A stretch of DNA of 28,827 bases from an uncultured Oscillospiraceae bacterium (GTDB lineage: Bacteria > Bacillota > Clostridia > Oscillospirales > Ruminococcaceae). Shown in pieces: positions 26,502-28,827 of the stretch. Numbering within the stretch: the first letter of the stretch is position 1; each line of letters begins with the position of its first letter. The notes beneath the pieces were generated by a model that saw nothing but the letters and a program-made list of their open reading frames with translations, made no database searches and had not been told where the DNA came from. Made by a program: the position numbers and the translations under genes. The stretch spans positions 1 to 28,827 of the forward strand of contig CAZDLQ010000001.1 of assembly GCA_964506315.1 (NCBI GenBank). The letters run 5' to 3'.

Positions 26502-27506
26502 ATGAAACGTATAGAATGGATCGATTCGCTAAAGGGTTTTTGTATTTTTTACGTTACCTTTGTACACTTGGCTTGCCATCAAATGCTCGAAATGCACATT
26601 CGTTCCTTTATAATGTTTTTATTCTTCTTTTTGTCGGGCTTTTTGCATAACAACTCAAACGGAAACGCTCTAAAATATATCGCCAAGAAAACAAAGTCGA
26701 TATTTGTTCCCTTCCTTGCGTGGAACGTTGTGTCCTGCGCCGTAGGCTTGCTTTTTGGCGACTCATTTTACGACACCTTTAGATTATTTTTCCTATTAGA
26801 CGGCGAGGTGTGCTGGAACTCACCTATTTGGTCCTTGCTTATGCTTTATATGTCGTGTATTTGCTTCTTCTTTATAGAAAAGCTACCCTACGGCAAGTAT
26901 ATTTGTATTCCCGTACTAATTGCACTTTGGGTATTCCTACCCCAAAACAACGTTTTCTTAAAGCTGAACATTCTTCCCCCGTGTTTACTGTTTTACGCGT
27001 TAGGAAATATATCCAAGCCTTTTTACGACAAATACAGCGATGTTATTCATAAAAAGCGTGCGGTTCTTGTTTTGGCGGCGATAATATCCCTTGGAGTAAG
27101 TGTACTCTTCTCGATGGTTTTAAATCACACACAGGTTACCTATACGGGCGGCCATTTCGGAAACGCATTGTACTGCTTTATCGGCGCTGTTTTCTCGGTG
27201 CTTTTTTACATCATTTTATTCGAAAACGTCCCCTTCCTTAAAAGCAATAAAATACTTTCGTATTTAGGAAAAAACACCCTAATAATAATCGCATCACAGT
27301 ATTGGTTCTTTAAGCTTTACGATATGGTGTCGCGCCGAGTGCTTAACTTTAGCATAAGGTATTATAGAAACACACTAAAGGCTTTTATCGGCGCTGTTAT
27401 TACAATCCTTCTCATTTGCGCAATTGCTGAGCTTCTTAAAAAGGCGGCGACCAAATTCCGCTTTTTAAAACCAATATGCACCTTATTCGGAATAAATATG
27501 TATTAA
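26502..27506 (+). CDS. Acyltransferase 3 family membrane protein
   Basis: KRIEWIDSLKGFCIFYV..H, FIMFLFFFLSG and YLGKNTL; many TM helices; start ATG 26502. Confidence 0.85.
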   Translation: MKRIEWIDSLKGFCIFYVTFVHLACHQMLEMHIRSFIMFLFFFLSGFLHNNSNGNALKYIAKKTKSIFVPFLAWNVVSCAVGLLFGDSFYDTFRLFFLLDGEVCWNSPIWSLLMLYMSCICFFFIEKLPYGKYICIPVLIALWVFLPQNNVFLKLNILPPCLLFYALGNISKPFYDKYSDVIHKKRAVLVLAAIISLGVSVLFSMVLNHTQVTYTGGHFGNALYCFIGAVFSVLFYIILFENVPFLKSNKILSYLGKNTLIIIASQYWFFKLYDMVSRRVLNFSIRYYRNTLKAFIGAVITILLICAIAELLKKAATKFRFLKPICTLFGINMY

Positions 27507-27525
27507 AAAACCATACAAAAAAACT

Positions 27526-27555
27526 ATCCCCACCGATTTCTCGGTGGGGATTTTT
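27526..27555. terminator. Terminator between convergent acyltransferase and dapB
   Basis: ATCCCCACCGA-tttc-TCGGTGGGGAT+T-run. Confidence 0.8.
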
Positions 27556-27562
27556 GTTTAAT

Positions 27563-28312
27563 TTAGAACATATCCTTCATGCTGAACATTCCGCTTGTTT
27601 TGCCGTGCATAAAGACCGCCGCGTTTACAGCACCGACCGCAAATACCTCTTTAGAGGTTGCGCTATGCTTTAGCGAAAAACACTCGTCGTGTCCTGCAAA
27701 AATCACCTCGTGCTCGCCGACAATGTTGCCGCCGCGCACCGCGTGAATACCAATTTCCTTTTTATCTCTCTTGGCCCTCACGCTTTGTCGCTCATAGGTG
27801 TAGACGTATTTATTGTCGCAAGCCTCGTTGATTGCGTCGGCAAGCTTTAACGCCGTTCCGCTGGGAGCGTCAATTTTTTGGTTGTGGTGCTTTTCAATAA
27901 TCTCAATATCAAAGCTATCGCCAAGAATTTGCGCTGCCTTTTGACAAAGCGAAACCATTAAATTTACGCCAAGCGACATATTTGCCGAGAAGAAAATTGC
28001 ACTTTTCTCGGCCGCTTTTTCTATACTCTCAAGCTGCTCGCTTGAAAAACCGGTTGTGCATAAAACAAGCGGTGTGCCTGTTTTTTGCGCAAAATCGAGT
28101 TCACTTTTTAAAACTGCGGGGTGGGAAAAATCAACAATGCAGTCATACTCGCCCACAACGTCCGCAAACGAAGCAAATTCGCCCTTTGACGCGTCGGTTG
28201 TAAGGCTAACATCTACACAGCCGACGATTTCTACGTCGTCACGGCCTGCGACCGCATTTTTTACTGCCTTGCCCATTTTTCCTGCGCTACCGCAAAGTAA
28301 AATTTTAGTCAT
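27563..28312 (-). CDS. dapB: 4-hydroxy-tetrahydrodipicolinate reductase
   Basis: GSAGKMG, VDFSHP, CTTG, EKHHNQKIDAPSGTA and RGGNIVGEHEV. Confidence 0.97.
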   Translation of the reverse strand: MTKILLCGSAGKMGKAVKNAVAGRDDVEIVGCVDVSLTTDASKGEFASFADVVGEYDCIVDFSHPAVLKSELDFAQKTGTPLVLCTTGFSSEQLESIEKAAEKSAIFFSANMSLGVNLMVSLCQKAAQILGDSFDIEIIEKHHNQKIDAPSGTALKLADAINEACDNKYVYTYERQSVRAKRDKKEIGIHAVRGGNIVGEHEVIFAGHDECFSLKHSATSKEVFAVGAVNAAVFMHGKTSGMFSMKDMF

Positions 28313-28333
28313 TTTAAAACCTCTTTATTTGGT

Positions 28334-28827
28334 TTAAATAAGGTTATGAAGCTTAAGCTGCTCAGCTATAAACTTGCGGTTTGCCTCGGTTGTATCGCAA
28401 AGAGGCATTCTGCAAGAGCCAACGTTCATACCCATTTGGTTAAGCGCTTCCTTAACGGGAATGGGGTTAACGTCACAGAAAAGTGCCGAAATCATAGAAA
28501 TCATAGAAAGCTGAAGGTCACTTGCCTCTTTAACCTTGCCCTCAAAGAAAAGCTTGCAAATCTCGTGAGTTTCGCGAGGCAAAATGTTTGAAAGCACCGA
28601 AATTACGCCGATGCCGCCAAGTGACATAATGGGCACGGTTTGGTCGTCATCGCCCGAATAAATGTCAAGCGCGTCGCCGCAAAGTGCTCTTGTTTTAGCA
28701 ACCGAAACAATATCTCCGTTAGCTTCCTTGGTGGCAACAATGTTGGGGTGCTTTGAAAGCTCAAGATAGGTTGTAGGAAGAATGTTACAGCCTGTTCTTG
28801 AAGGAACGTTGTAAAGAATCATAGGAA
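28334..28827 (-). CDS. dapA: 4-hydroxy-tetrahydrodipicolinate synthase (C-terminal part, truncated by window end)
   Basis: ILYNVPSRTG, catalytic KEA, YSGDD, GVISVLSN and NPIPVK. Confidence 0.96.
   Translation of the reverse strand, partial: PMILYNVPSRTGCNILPTTYLELSKHPNIVATKEANGDIVSVAKTRALCGDALDIYSGDDDQTVPIMSLGGIGVISVLSNILPRETHEICKLFFEGKVKEASDLQLSMISMISALFCDVNPIPVKEALNQMGMNVGSCRMPLCDTTEANRKFIAEQLKLHNLI

Noticed and set aside
1082..28591. Many short alternate-frame or antisense ORFs in the track (e.g. 5138-5614, 8167-8694, 13156-13665, 15077-15589, 19583-20290)
   Set aside because: They overlap well-supported genes and show no recognisable motifs; treated as shadow ORFs.
1..28827. CRISPR array, tRNA or rRNA genes
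   Set aside because: No regularly spaced direct repeats, cloverleaf or rRNA-like sequence seen.

Overview
Chromosomal window from a Clostridia-type (Oscillospiraceae/Ruminococcaceae-like, inferred) bacterium. Housekeeping genes: the 3' end of a MacB/FtsX ABC permease, purA, rpmE, yigZ, dgt-dnaG-rpoD, an RluA-family pseudouridine synthase, queT, cca, an acyltransferase, dapB and partial dapA. Most have near-consensus sigma-A promoters and intrinsic terminators. The main feature is a compact ~10.4 kb minus-strand operon (8029-18455) between rpoD and the RluA gene, with no visible frameshifts. It encodes only phage packaging, head, short-tail and lysis genes (TerS-like, TerL, portal, scaffold, N4-gp56-type capsid, adaptor, nozzle-like, BppU-like, XhlA-like, holin, M23 endolysin). 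It has no integrase, repressor, replication gene or tape measure, its TerS seems to lack the DNA-binding HTH, and its codon usage looks host-like. It is a candidate domesticated, podovirus-derived gene transfer agent (GTA). Also present: a 1474-aa mosaic secreted cell-wall protein, two promoter-driven structured leaders with terminator/antiterminator potential and a shared terminator motif, a candidate C-rich-loop sRNA, two covarying copies of a REP-like palindromic element, and a probable IS200-like relic. All family calls are from pattern recognition; no searches were run.
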